A stretch of DNA of 64,000 bases from Chara braunii. Lineage: Eukaryota; Plantae; Charophyceae. Location: the NCBI GenBank assembly GCA_003427395.1, contig BFEA01000029.1, forward strand, positions 2,148,951 to 2,212,950, read 5' to 3'. Made by a program: the position numbers and the translations under genes. This document shows, piece by piece, positions 51,571-64,000 of this stretch. The notes beneath the pieces were generated by a model that was not told the origin of the DNA, did no database searches, and saw nothing but the letters and a program-made list of their open reading frames with translations. Position 1 is the first letter of the stretch. The number at the start of each line of letters is the position of its first letter.

Positions 51571-53180
51571 GTCGTCTTTGATGTCCGACTCACTTCCGAC
51601 GCCATGCCCATGGTGCTGGCGCTGGACAGGGAGAGAGGGCGAAACGAACGAAACAACGAATAAACAAACAGGTTGCCTTGCCCACAGCGAGTTTCAACCG
51701 TCTTGTTGCAGACTTGGTGAGTTCTAGGTGTTGTGTGGATGTGGGTTTGGAGTGCTGAAAAGCGGCGGCTTGATGCAAGTCAGGAGTGTCAAATACACTG
51801 GAAGAGTAGGTACCCAGCTTCGGCATCATTTCCTTCGTTCGACATCTTTACACTGAGGCCACAGAAACCAACGTGTTGTGTGTGAAGGGTTCGTGCCGCT
51901 GGTGATGGTAGTGATCGAGACACTTGACCGCTCCGGTTCGCGGTGGGTTAACTGTGGAGGCAGGTAATTTTAACCCGACCGTGAACAGTGCAAAATGACG
52001 GTAGTGGTCGAGCCATTTAACCGCTGCAGGCTGCAGTTAGTGGTGGAGGTGGCGGTGCTGTTGGTGGCAGATGTTGAGCGGACGGTCGAGGAAGATGGTA
52101 TCGAGAAGGGTGATGAGGAGAGAGAGAGAGAGAGGGTTGGTTTTCAGGCGTGGAGGTGTGGAAGAGGGTTCTGGCGAGGGTTCGGTGTAGGAACAGTGTC
52201 GAGGAGAGAAGGGTGTTTTGAAGGCCAGGGGTCTAAGGAACAATTTTTTGCTGAGGCGAGGGAGTGTGCGTCGTAATGGTTAATAGCCACCATCGGTTCC
52301 CCTGTGCTGCGCCATCTGAATTGAGAGCTCTTCTGCTGAATATCTTTTGACAACATAGGATTAACGCTTGTGAATCTTGTGCATCATAGCAGGTTATGCG
52401 TGCAAGGGCCGGGGCCAGAATGCAGCGTTTGTAACCCTTGACGACTGGTGAAGCACCGCTGTCGGAACGGTGTCACACTGTCATCGCTAAATGATCGGTA
52501 AGACGAGGTGGTGTAGCAGGCCTGAAGTAGATCATGTCTTATCGGGCTGTAGTTAGTTATAGCAACTGTGTAAAATGTCAGCAAATATGTTCAGCCTTCA
52601 GGCATCTGTTATTCAAAAGGCTGTTGGCAGTCTGAGGCTGCAGGCTCTCTGCACAAAGTCCTGCTGTCATTCGCTTGCCTCCATTTGCAAGCTTGTCACA
52701 GGTGAGGCTCTGCAAATTGCAATTGTAGCCCTGTCTGCATTTGGTCCTTCTAATGCTCCAGGATCAGACAACAGCATGTTTGGTAGAAGCACTTCAGGCT
52801 AAAGTGAGGGGGAGTGATTATGTCACTCTAGTTTGGATGTGGTGATGATGATGACGAGGAGGAGGAGGAGAGATGAGCAAATGAGGAGATGGTGCGAGAT
52901 TGATGGATACAGTGATACACACTTTTTGTAGTCTGCAGTAGAAAAAAGAATGTTCACTTTAGACTCTTAGAGTAGGAAGGAAGAGGAGAAGGTCAAGGAG
53001 TGGACAGAACATGAGATGAGACGATATGAGATGGAAATGGTAGGTACTTTGATAAAGCTTGAACAAATTGGTCCGGTCCTCTATTTCCTTTCCTGAGATT
53101 TCTTATGCAAGTGACTATTCATTGCAGTCCACGGTTTTCAAAAACTCCATCCAGACAGCCCCTGAAAACAAATGGGGAGT

Positions 53181-53668
53181 GTGTGTATTTCAAGCAGGAG
53201 TGTATTTCAAGCAGGAGTGTATTCCAAGCAGGAGTGTATTCCAAGCAGGAGTGTATTTCAAGCAGGAGTGTATTCCAAGCAGGAGTGTATTCCAAGCAGG
53301 AGTGTATTCCAAGCAGGAGTGTATTACAAGCAGGAGTGTATTCCAAGCAGGAGTGTATTTCAAGCAGGAGTGTATTCCAAGCAGGAGTGTATTTCAAGCA
53401 GGAGTGTATTTCAAGCAGGAGTGTATTTCAAGCAGGAGTGTATTTCAAGCAGGAGTGTATTTCAAGCAGGAGTGTATTCCAAGCAGGAGTGTATTCCAAG
53501 CAGGAGTGTATTCCAAGCAGGAGTGTATTCCAAGCAGGAGTGTATTCCAAGCAGGAGTGTATTTCAAGCAGGAGTGTATTTCAAGCAGGAGTGTATTTCA
53601 AGCAGGAGTGTATTCCAAGCAGGAGTGTATTCCAAGCAGGAGTGTATTCCAAGCAGGAGTGTATTCCA
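53181..53668. repeat. 17-bp tandem satellite (GTGTATTYCAAGCAGGA), about 28 copies running into an N gap
   Basis: Contiguous units with no spacers. Confidence 0.97.
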
Positions 53669-55988
53669 NNNNNNNNNNNNNNNNNNNNNNNNNNNNNNNN
53701 NNNNNNNNNNNNNNNNNNNNNNNNNNNNNNNNNNNNNNNNNNNNNNNNNNNNNNNNNNNNNNNNNNNNNNNNNNNNNNNNNNNNNNNNNNNNNNNNNNNN
53801 NNNNNNNNNNNNNNNNNNNNNNNNNNNNNNNNNNNNNNNNNNNNNNNNNNNNNNNNNNNNNNNNNNNNNNNNNNNNNNNNNNNNNNNNNNNNNNNNNNNN
53901 NNNNNNNNNNNNNNNNNNNNNNNNNNNNNNNNNNNNNNNNNNNNNNNNNNNNNNNNNNNNNNNNNNNNNNNNNNNNNNNNNNNNNNNNNNNNNNNNNNNN
54001 NNNNNNNNNNNNNNNNNNNNNNNNNNNNNNNNNNNNNNNNNNNNNNNNNNNNNNNNNNNNNNNNNNNNNNNNNNNNNNNNNNNNNNNNNNNNNNNNNNNN
54101 NNNNNNNNNNNNNNNNNNNNNNNNNNNNNNNNNNNNNNNNNNNNNNNNNNNNNNNNNNNNNNNNNNNNNNNNNNNNNNNNNNNNNNNNNNNNNNNNNNNN
54201 NNNNNNNNNNNNNNNNNNNNNNNNNNNNNNNNNNNNNNNNNNNNNNNNNNNNNNNNNNNNNNNNNNNNNNNNNNNNNNNNNNNNNNNNNNNNNNNNNNNN
54301 NNNNNNNNNNNNNNNNNNNNNNNNNNNNNNNNNNNNNNNNNNNNNNNNNNNNNNNNNNNNNNNNNNNNNNNNNNNNNNNNNNNNNNNNNNNNNNNNNNNN
54401 NNNNNNNNNNNNNNNNNNNNNNNNNNNNNNNNNNNNNNNNNNNNNNNNNNNNNNNNNNNNNNNNNNNNNNNNNNNNNNNNNNNNNNNNNNNNNNNNNNNN
54501 NNNNNNNNNNNNNNNNNNNNNNNNNNNNNNNNNNNNNNNNNNNNNNNNNNNNNNNNNNNNNNNNNNNNNNNNNNNNNNNNNNNNNNNNNNNNNNNNNNNN
54601 NNNNNNNNNNNNNNNNNNNNNNNNNNNNNNNNNNNNNNNNNNNNNNNNNNNNNNTCTCTCTTTGTGTGTGTGTGTGTGTGTGTGTGTACCTTGTGATGTT
54701 GGTTTGGATGTTGTAAATCAGAGACGATACACAGCGCCTTGAGATTCTCTGGGAGCTCAATCCGTCCTGCCTAGCGTGTCATTTCATTAAAAAAAAAAAA
54801 AAAAAAAGGCACTGCTGGTACCCAAGCGCATGTGGCGGAATGGTACACAGTGCTTCACTCGCATGTAACTGCTGCTAATCAATACAAGCGAAAAAAAAAA
54901 GAGCCTGCTGTGCTGGTACCCAAACTCGATTCCTGGGGGGGGAAAGGGGGAAAGAGCAAACCAGATTGATACAATAAGGTTATGGTCTACTGCCTTCAGA
55001 ACAAAAAACGAATTCAAAAAGAAAGGAAGAAATGGTGCAGCACGCGTCTTAATTGTAGTGTCACTTCCCACGCAGCCACCTCTGAAATGCTGCATGCGGC
55101 ACACAGTCCTCAAGCAGTCACACTCTTCATGTCCTTGTGCCTCAAGCAGCCTTTGTGACGCGCTCTTCATGTTTCATCTGTACCTAATGAATGTTTCAAG
55201 TAGATTGCATGTGCAGAGTCTCTCTGCTATTTTCTTTAGGCTGACTCAAGACCCAGCCACATGTATTGTCATATATGCGTGCCAGCGCTGCTCTCTCCCT
55301 GGCATCAACATTCGCTGGGCCGGAGCACATTATTAGATCAGATCATGTTTTGACCACGCAGACAGTGCCGAGGGCTTTGCTGGGAGAAAAACAGGACTTT
55401 TCCACATCTAAAGGCCTTGCTCCACGACACATCATTCTAGACCAGGTGCATTTGGGCGCTTCCTGGACCAGGTGCATTTGGACAAGTCCAACATTTTGAA
55501 TGTATGAGGTCCAGAGAGCATCCATTGGAAATGCATGTAAACTTTTGAAGTATTTTGTAGTGGAGCAAGGTCAATATCCTGCATGCCATTGCATGATGTG
55601 TTTGTCTACGATCTACAACAAACTCCTAAAGCTAAGTGGGTCGCGGAGGGAACCCTGCGTGCCGATAACTTTCCTTTTCGGTGACTTCTGGCCTTAAGAT
55701 GTCGATTCGGAGGGTTGGGATTGCCCAAAACGGTGGTTTCTAACGAAATGTGTCCGGGCCTACCTGGTCGACACGTGGTTCTCTGTGGGATTAGCTTTTG
55801 GGCCGGAAATACGGTGTTGTGCCCTTCGATAGAGCGTTGTTGAATGGTGTTTGCTTTAAGTGCGGCGCGATCTGTGTTGGAGATTGTCAGAGGATTGAGG
55901 TGGTGCCGGTTTTTTCCCCAAATGCTGTCAGAAGGCACTGCCATTTTTTTCCCTCTTTTGCGAGAATTGAGCCCTCGCGGAGCCCTTC

Positions 55989-56026
55989 CTGTCTCTTATA
56001 CACATCTAGATGTGTATAAGAGACAG
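55989..56026. other. Nextera mate-pair junction adapter (assembly artefact)
   Basis: Exact CTGTCTCTTATACACATCT+AGATGTGTATAAGAGACAG, followed by a re-read of about 55853-55912. Confidence 0.98.
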
Positions 56027-56081
56027 GCTTTAAGTGCGGCGCGATCTGTGTTGGAGATTGTCAGAGGATTGAGGTGGTGCC

Positions 56082-56112
<31 letters not shown>

Positions 56113-58299
56113 GTAATTATTAAAACCCCATTATTATGGTTGCCATTTTCTTTATATATTAAAATCCCATTATTAAGGTTGCTGGCAGAAGACACTGCCA
56201 TTTTATTTTTTCTCTTTTCGGTCAGGTCTTTTCTGCTTCTTCGTTTTCAAGTTGTGCGTTTTCTTTTTCTTTTCCCATGTAGGGGGCCTGCCTCTGCTAC
56301 CGGCACAATCCAGAAAAGACCAAAAAAATGCTGGTGTATCTTTCCATGTTCTAGCAGAAGATTCACTGTCATTTTGCACATTTGGTTACTTGTTGTGGAG
56401 CGAGGCCCGTTGGCGCGTTTCGTTTTCCTCAGCCACAACTAAGAGCCTGGCCACCCTGCTGTCCAAATGGGAAAAGCACAGGCGCACGTTCCCGCAGAGA
56501 CTTGCCAGATGCATTGATCATTCGGGGCGAAGTCCCAGTAGCATGCGGGCTTGATTTCGAGCAGGCACAGTAGCATGCGGGCGAAGCCGCACTGGCCCTT
56601 CTTGTGTCTCTTATAGCTTCCCACCTCTGCCAAAGCAATGAGACAAAGTCCGGTTCCTCAGTGCCAGTGCCACGGGCCCACGCCTCCAGGCCGAGTCTAT
56701 GTATGCGCATCTTCGGCAGCTGCTGGAGACCATACTCAGAGACAGGCAGGAAGAAGGAGGGGGAGGGGGGAAAGGGGGCCTGCTATCAGCTCAGCCAATG
56801 TGAAGTTGCGGACCTGATCGATCGAAAGTCTGACAAACATTCATGAAATGTTAAAATACAAATTTGACTGAAGGAAAAACACTCAATCAAAACGTTTTAC
56901 TTGACAAGGACAAATTGACGCTCGCCTAGTGCACGCGACGCAGCAGGTTTGCGTTGGTAGCAGCACAAGACAGCCGCCGAAGCGAAGCTGCACGAAGGGG
57001 AGGACGAGCGACAGGGCGGAGGGGGGCGGGAGCCGACTGGAAGAAGGGATAAGCGGGTGCAGAAGTTATAGCTGGGAGGCAGCAGGAAAAGGGACGGAGA
57101 GAGGTAGGTGCATCATAGCCATCTCGGTGGGGTTGCAAACTTTGATGAAGATCTGCAACAGGTGAGAAACCGAGGGTGCGGAGGGCCTTCTTTTCAACAG
57201 GTTGGAGGACTAGGCCATTCGTTGACCATAGCTCGCTCCCCTTGGGGCCCTGCGCTGGGAAACTGGCGCGGTGGGGGCGCCGGGCCGAGGCAACAACTTC
57301 CTCGTCAGCCGCGTGCATGCCGACGAAGGTAATGACGTTGGAAGTACGGCAGCGAACTACAAAAAGAAAAAATATTGGTAGGGTGTCTTTGGGCCAAATC
57401 TTTGACCCCTTCCCTTTCCCTCTCGTCTCAGTCCCTCTCCTTCACCCTCCAGTCTCTCCACCCTCCCTTGTGATCTTTTTTCTCTTTCCCCTCCCCCGGT
57501 CGATCCCTGTCCCCTCTGCTTTCTCTTTCCCCCTTCCTCTTCCCCCTTCCTCCTTCCCACGTTGGGTCAGGTCCATCTCTCGATCGGCCCCTCCCCAGCC
57601 TCTATTTGCTTTTTCCCTCCCCTGATCGATCTCTCCTCCTCTCTTCCCCCCCTCTTTTCCCCTTCTTTTTCCCCTTTTCCTTTCCCGTGTTGTGTTTCGC
57701 TCTAGACTTCCGCTTTCCATACACGTCCCCCTCTCTTCCCCCTCTTCGTTTCCGTTCTTCCTCCCCGTGCCCCATACACGACTGGTCCGTCTCTTTGCTT
57801 CTCTTCCCCCCTCTCCCCCCCTTCTTCTCTTTCCCTCCTTCCCGTGCCGTGTTGGAAGAGAGAGAGCTCCTCCCCTCCTCTTTTCCCCTTCTTTTTCCCC
57901 TTTTCCTTTCCCGCATCGTGTTTCGCTCTTCCACTTTCCATACAGGTCCCCCTCTTTTCCCCCTGTTCGTTTCCCTTCCTCCTCCCCGTGCCGAGTCGGC
58001 TCCCCCACCCTCATGCAAGTAAATAAAGAAACAGTAATTTTGTTTGTGGGAAAGGCGGCTAGCCACTGAACGGCAGTCATACACGAGCGAGGAATTGCGC
58101 GAGTATAGCGAGGGGCCAAACGTGTGTCACATTTTGTGATTATCACTGACCCCATGTTCAGTTCTTTCATCGGTCCTGCGATGTGGAGGAGCACGATAGG
58201 GCGAGGTGCTTCCTGCTTTATATGGTGACCGTCGAATACTCTGTGTTCCGTCTCCCTCCTCCTAGTTAGCGTGCACATACATGTTGTCATATCCTCCAG

Positions 58300-61200
58300 C
58301 TCACATATAGTGTGTGTCTGCCTGCAGATTTTCCTCCCTTCTGTTCAGAGGGCTTGTACTTAGTAATCCCTCTCATACTGGTCTGCACCCTTCGTTCTTG
58401 CCGTATCTTACTTTCCCCTTCTTCCAAATCCCTAAGTCAGCTCCAAAAGACAAGTGATCAGAGGGAAAGGGCAGAGACTAGGAGTGAGAAACTGAAGTAG
58501 CTTGCACAAGAGAACTGGCCACGTGGCAACCACAGTCTAAAAGAAGAAGAGAAGGGTCAAACGGGGCCACGTGGCTGCTACAGTCATGAAGTAAAAGATA
58601 AAGGTCAAGCGGGGAGAGGCGGGTTATGAGGGGAGGAAATTGCGGGCAAAGGCAGACCGGCCTGAAGGGGTACAGCATATGACAACAGACTTGGTCACGA
58701 TTACTGCAGGCCTTTCTCGTTGCTTTTCTGTGGGTCGGTTATCAAAAAAAAGGAGAGCCTAGCGCAGATTGGAGGAGGAGGGGAAAAGGGAGAAGGGAGG
58801 ACATCCCCGGTAAATATACAGACACAGAAAGCCAGGATTAAGTGGGAGTTTAAGTCTCACAACCAATACATTGGAGAAGAGAAGAGGTGAGAGGAGAGAG
58901 AAGGAAGGAAAAAGCTGTACGCAAATTCATAGTCAAACTCAAGAACGGCCCGCGGGTCATAGGAATCAAAGAGAAATGATCTAAGATGGTGATCAGCAAG
59001 GAGAAGAACAGGTACCAGAGGGTTCACAGAAAAAGGGACTCCATGCTCATGTACAAAGGGGCGGCTAGGCACTATGCCCAAAGTCGGCTCATGGGGACTG
59101 ATACCTCACACACCTCACACAAGGAAGGGAACAAGCGGGGGGATGATCAGGAACGGGAGGGGGCTGGGGAAGGGAGCCAGGGGAAATTGTCGTCCAGCTC
59201 GTTGAACCAGACAGCGAGCCTGGGAGCAGACTCGAGATCGTGGGCAGAGAGGGTGGGGAGACCATTCGCCGGGGAAAGTATCTTGATCCAACGAAGGAGA
59301 GAGTGGAGCATCCCGTTGGGAAATTTGACAACAGCCAGGGCCTTCTTTGTGAACCGCTTCCTTTCCACCTCATAAAACAGGATACTGCACCAAAGGCGGC
59401 AGGACTACTGTAGTCAAAGCACTCCCCGGGGAAAAAAGTGAGAGTGAGAGATGAACTGTACACACGCCATGCGAGCAACTGGGCGTTCCATGACAATGCA
59501 TTGTTCAAGTCAACAAATGATAAGGTTGGCTGGATCAGGGAGCGATTAGTAGCCTTCAAGGGATCCTTGGACGGTGCACACGACTTCTTCCTAATACAAC
59601 CAGTCTCATCATCTGTTATTACAGTCATCTGTATGTTTGAAACTGACAAAAAAATAATGGATGGATGGAAACCACTTCGTTGTGAAGGATCGGAAGTGCG
59701 AATTTACCCCTGGCCCCCCCCCGAAACAGCAAAGACCAGAGGAACGAAGAGAACAAATGATGAGGGAGCATTTCTGGGTAGAGTTTCAACTCATCCCAAT
59801 CGAAATACAGGCGGGCTTCATGCAAGACTTCGCTGAGAAGTTTGACGTGGTGGACTTCATTGGCCCGTTACCGCCCCATGTGGCACGGAGAGACGACTAC
59901 CTTATGTTGGCCATTAGTCCGGCCGAGGGGCACATATTCACAATCGACGACATTATCCCGTTCTGTGTAGTTGGAAAAATGTACCGAATACACACTGCCC
60001 ATACGCACCGGCCCTGGTGTTTCAAATGTCAAGCTTATGGACACATGTACACAAGACACGGTCTGTGCCCGCCATCCCTCCCGCGCAGCGAAGCCCACAG
60101 AGCGCCTTAGGAAAGCCCCCTTCGCAGAAACACGGTGGCGAACGGTCGAACCGGGTCACGAGGGGTGGGTCTACATAGACACACCAGGAGAGACGAAGGG
60201 GGAGGTAGTCGGATGGTCGTGGGAAGGGCAAGGCGAACCTCGATAGGATACTAAGCCGTCGGTGACATGGGTCCCTCCGAGGACCCTGGAATCACACCTG
60301 CAACAACCAGCTCGCCTCTCTCCCCCGGGGGCTGGAAAAGGGGAATCATGGGAAGTGGTTGGGAAGAAGAAGACTGAGAAAACAAGAGCAACAACAGAAG
60401 AACCCGGAAGAGGGGGAAGTAACAAAGGTAACAGATTCGCCCTTGTAGAGGTCGGAGCGGGCAAACCTGGGAAGAACATGAGTGAAGAGGGGGCTGGTGG
60501 GGGAAGCCACGCGGCGCGGGGACACAAGGAAGTATTCGGGGCCATTGTCGGCCCTGTCTCGGACGGAACCCCGGGGGGGTGAAGCGGAAGGGGGGGAACG
60601 GGAAGGGTAGAGGAGGAATCTGATAAGGAGCCCACAGAGGCACAAAAGGAACTGCCATGCCCAACACTATCGGTTCATCAACAGCCGCAGTCGCTGCAAT
60701 TAGCACCCTAAGAACAGCAAGCACAACAGCCCCGACACCTAGTAGAGGAACAGCAGACCAACTAGGCATCCCACCCGCAGCACACGCAGGTCCAGCTGGC
60801 GCAGACACAGCAGATGCGGATGAAGCAGCAAGCACGGGCGAGGGACATGCAGCAAGCACAGGCTCAGATGCAGCAGACACCGCAGGGGCAACAAACACAA
60901 CAGACGCATCAAGCACATCAAACACAGCAAAGCCAGCGGACACAACAAACGGAGCAGACGCAACAGGAGCAGCAACCACAACCAGCCAGCCACGTCAGCA
61001 ACAGTACACGTGGCAGCGGCCACGTCAGCAGCGACGCGTGGCAGCTGCCACGTCAGCATGCCCTGAAGACGATAGCCAGCCAGCCACCATGCCGAGCCAG
61101 CAGCGCGTCGCCATAGTCACCCAAGTGTCAGCGCAAAGCCAGCGTAGAGTCGGCGTTGCAGCGTTGAGCCAGCGTTGCCATCAACGCGTGAAGTCAGCAT

Positions 61201-62870
61201 TGACGCAAGACCAAATGAATCTCAAAGTCAGGAAGTCAGCGCTTATGTAGCGTTGACGCGGGGTCTGGACCCCGGATACTGTATCCCTCAGCCGTCAAGA
61301 TCTCAATGCAAATGACGGCCCAGATTGGCCTGAAACCGAATTCCTTCTGGCCTTGATGCTGTCTGGGTACCTGCGCACAACAAGTGAGTGTATCCGACCA
61401 AGGGCCTGGGCGCAGTACCTTTGACCTGACAGTTGACTTAGACTTTTGACTTCCCAGGGGCAGTGTGTGGCCACACTGCCTGGCGCAGAACGAGTTTGGC
61501 CTGCATCGTCTGGGCTCCATTTCGATGGCCCAGACTGCTGCAGAACACGGGTTACTGCACCCCCGCCCCTAACCCCCCAAACCTGCAGCCATCACGCCAG
61601 GAACAGGATCAGCACACTCCCCCACCATCGGATATCCAACACACACAACTAGAAAAAGGGGGTGGAGTGGAAACTGCGGAGGAGGGGATGACCTCGCGAC
61701 CACTCAATTTGCGGCAGCTCATTGAACGGGGCCTCTTTGAGCTGCCTCTCTCCAAAACGGAAGGTGTGCTGGTGATTCCAACGAGGAAGACCAAAGGGAA
61801 ATGGAAAATTGGTCTCTTCCCGGTGGGAGAAAATGGGGGCGTGACATTGTAGGGTTGGGACTTCCCGGCCCATATCGGGGATGTGAAGGAAAGAGACAAG
61901 ACCTTTACGAACCAAATGCGCGCCTTTATCCCCGAACACTATGCACCAGGGGCGAGAGCAGCCATTGGATTTGAAAGTTGCAACCAGCAAATGGCCAGGA
62001 ATGACCTCTACATGTTGTTTGAACCTAACAAAACTACCAAACTTACGATGGTACTGCCACAACACATTACTGGACCTGCAGTGCGCAAAAATGAAAGCCA
62101 ATAACTTCTGGTCGGGCGATGATGTTTGCAAATGCTTGTGCAGAATTGTGCAGAAGAGGGTCCTGAGCCTAGACAAATGGGATGTCAAACAGTGCATACC
62201 CTGTGAGTATACCCCGACCCAAAAGAAGGGAACACCTATATTGCAGAAACCCTGCCTGGCAGCAATGTGTAAGAAAGGCGGACCTGGACTTGTGCTCCAT
62301 CAACGTAAATGGGTTGGCATCCAGTAAACCTGAGAAATGCCAAGCCATTTGGGACCAACTCAGAGGGGTGGGAAGTAGGCGGCAGCCGGACTTGATATGT
62401 GTGCAGGAGACCCACCTGCAGGACAGCCCGGAGAATAACAATGCCCATAAGATGGTCTGGCCTCGCTCGGTCGTAAGAGCTCATGCCCCTAGGCCAGGTT
62501 CAGCAGGGGTAGCGATTTAGATCTCCCCCCCATTCCAGATTCCAGTTGGTCCACTGGGTGGCAGATGAGAGGGGCGGTGCGTCTCAATGTTGGGGATGCT
62601 GGAATTGGAATTACTTTCCATACTTTGCATCTATTCCCCCAATATGGTCGGAGAAAGAATAACCTTTTTGCTGAATCTAGGAACACAGGTACCCGAAGGC
62701 ATCTCATTAGTTATAGCAGGGGATTTTAACCCCACCCCCGATAGGAGACTGGATAGATGGAACCCTCAGGGGATCCCCCCTTTTGCTGTCGACGAAGATG
62801 AGCGAATGGTAGCAGAACTGTGCGAAACTCTCCCCGCCTTCGACTCCTTCCGCCGTCTGCACCCAGAGAA
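58300..62870 (+). mobile_element. 3'-truncated paralog of the LINE at 15330-24600 (ORF1 and APE endonuclease start)
   Basis: Collinear with 15330-20150. Contains CFKCQAYGH, a Gln-rich tract, SINVNGL, VQETHL, SAGVAI and IAGDFN. The 5' boundary is uncertain. Confidence 0.9.
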
Positions 62871-63062
62871 GGTCACAGGGTGTTGGTACATTGTCCTGCT
62901 GCAGCATGGGGCCAGAAGAATGATCTTTGGCATAAAAGAGATTGCGGACAGTTTGGTGTGGCAAGAAAACAGCATCATTATGTAAGAAATCAGTAACATC
63001 AGTCATGGCATGGACCATGATGCCGTTATCCCACAACTTCCAGTGGTCAGAGGTATGTATGT

Positions 63063-63935
63063 ATATCGCCCAACAGAACTGCTCGGTAAACCGTCAGCAG
63101 AGAAGGAGAAGAGGACAACAAACGAGGGGCTGTGAAGAACTGTTTCGTCGGAGTTTCATCGACTCATATAACGCTATATTGACGATATATATCATCAAAC
63201 AGAGCTGCACGGTAAAACATAGGCAGAGAGGGAGAAGAGGACAAGAAACGAGAGGCTGTGACAAACTGTTTATATATATATACATATATATATCCATCTG
63301 GTGTGGGTGAGTGATAGCCTGCTTTGATTTTTGTCACGGGTTCCTTAAGGGCAGTGGTTGGTGCCCACCTCAAGGTATCAGTTGTGGGGCAGTCATTGAT
63401 GCTTAACCACAACTGGGGTTAAGGTGGATTATCACTTACAGTGTAATCAGTTAGGGGATTCTGCAGACTGTTGAGGGTTCAGCCTGCTGACGAGTCCATG
63501 AAACTCCAACGAAACAGTTTGTTAGAGCCCCTCGTTTCTTGCCCTCTTCTCCCTTTCTGCCTACGGTTTACCAGGCAGTTCTGTTTGATGATATATCGTC
63601 ACAAACAGAACTGCCCGGTAAACCGTAGGCAGAGAGAGAGAAGAGGACAACAAACGAGGGGCTGTGTATATTGTCACATAATATATATTATATATTGTCA
63701 CATAATATATATATATATATAATATATATATATATACTCCAACGAAACAATTTGTCACAGCCCCTCGTTTGTTGTCCTCTTCTCCCTCTCTGCCTACGGT
63801 TTACTGGGCAGCTCTGTTGGACTATATATATCGTCAAATAGAACTGCCCGGTAAACCGTAGGCAGAGAGGGAGAAGAGGACAACAAACGAGGGGCTGTGA
63901 CAAACTGTTTCGTCGGAGTTTCACCGACTCATTTG
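63063..63935. repeat. Cluster of about 6 direct and inverted partial copies of the hammerhead-associated repeat in TA-rich tracts
   Basis: Module cagaactgcccggtaaaccgtaggcagagagggagaagaggacaacaaacgaggggctgtgacaaactgtttcgtcggagtttcaccgactcat. Confidence 0.93.
63463..63522 (+). ncRNA. Type III hammerhead ribozyme, complete topology, decayed copy
   Basis: GCAGACTGT-T^GAGG-GTTCAG-CCTG-CTGACGA-GTCCA-TGAAACT-CCAAC-GAA-ACAGTTTGT. Stem III has 9 bp including G-U pairs. Stem II is intact (GTCGG/CCGAC) in sister copies. Confidence 0.8.
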
Positions 63936-64000
63936 TCACATAACTATGAACTAAAAGAGCGCAATTTGCGAAACAAACGGTAAAAAAAAAGAAAAAAAGA

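Noticed and set aside
49160-52560. Protein-like minus-strand text at about 49160-49720 and 51670-52560 (also about 55060-55620)
   Set aside because: The frames are broken and contain no identifiable motif, so I cannot support a call without a search.
53181-53668. Possible CRISPR array
   Set aside because: The units are contiguous with no unique spacers, there are no cas genes, and the context is eukaryotic.
55989-56085. Perfect 38-bp palindrome resembling Tn5 ends, with an adjacent duplication
   Set aside because: It is the exact Nextera mate-pair junction adapter, a library artefact rather than biology.

Overview
This is eukaryotic, repeat-rich genomic DNA with assembly gaps. A 5S rRNA copy resembles the Charales type as I recall it, so the host is probably a charophyte alga (inference). 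Two protein genes look intact. The first is an intronless, CpG-rich, adenosylcobalamin (B12)-dependent monomeric class II ribonucleotide reductase (1287-3212) inside a decayed island of orphan ORF remnants. The second is a 3-exon MAPR/MSBP-type cytochrome-b5-like heme/steroid-binding protein (45723-51570). The rest is mostly nested, decayed L1/Tx1-like LINEs, two lone LTRs, a TA-target foldback MITE, an 8-bp-TSD TIR element filled with microsatellites, satellites, and decayed U6 snRNA and 5S rRNA copies. Four observations stand out. (1) A short repeat family in TA-rich tracts has a consensus that folds into a complete type III hammerhead ribozyme with complementary loops (42447-42496 and 63063-63935). 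(2) The B12-dependent RNR is intact and looks foreign. (3) A three-hairpin RNA motif, with variable stems and a conserved loop, sits just before the poly(A) of several different LINE tails. (4) U6 and 5S copies occur as linked tandem units. A Nextera junction adapter (55989-56026) and an exact local duplication near 19113 are assembly artefacts. Coordinates of decayed elements are approximate.
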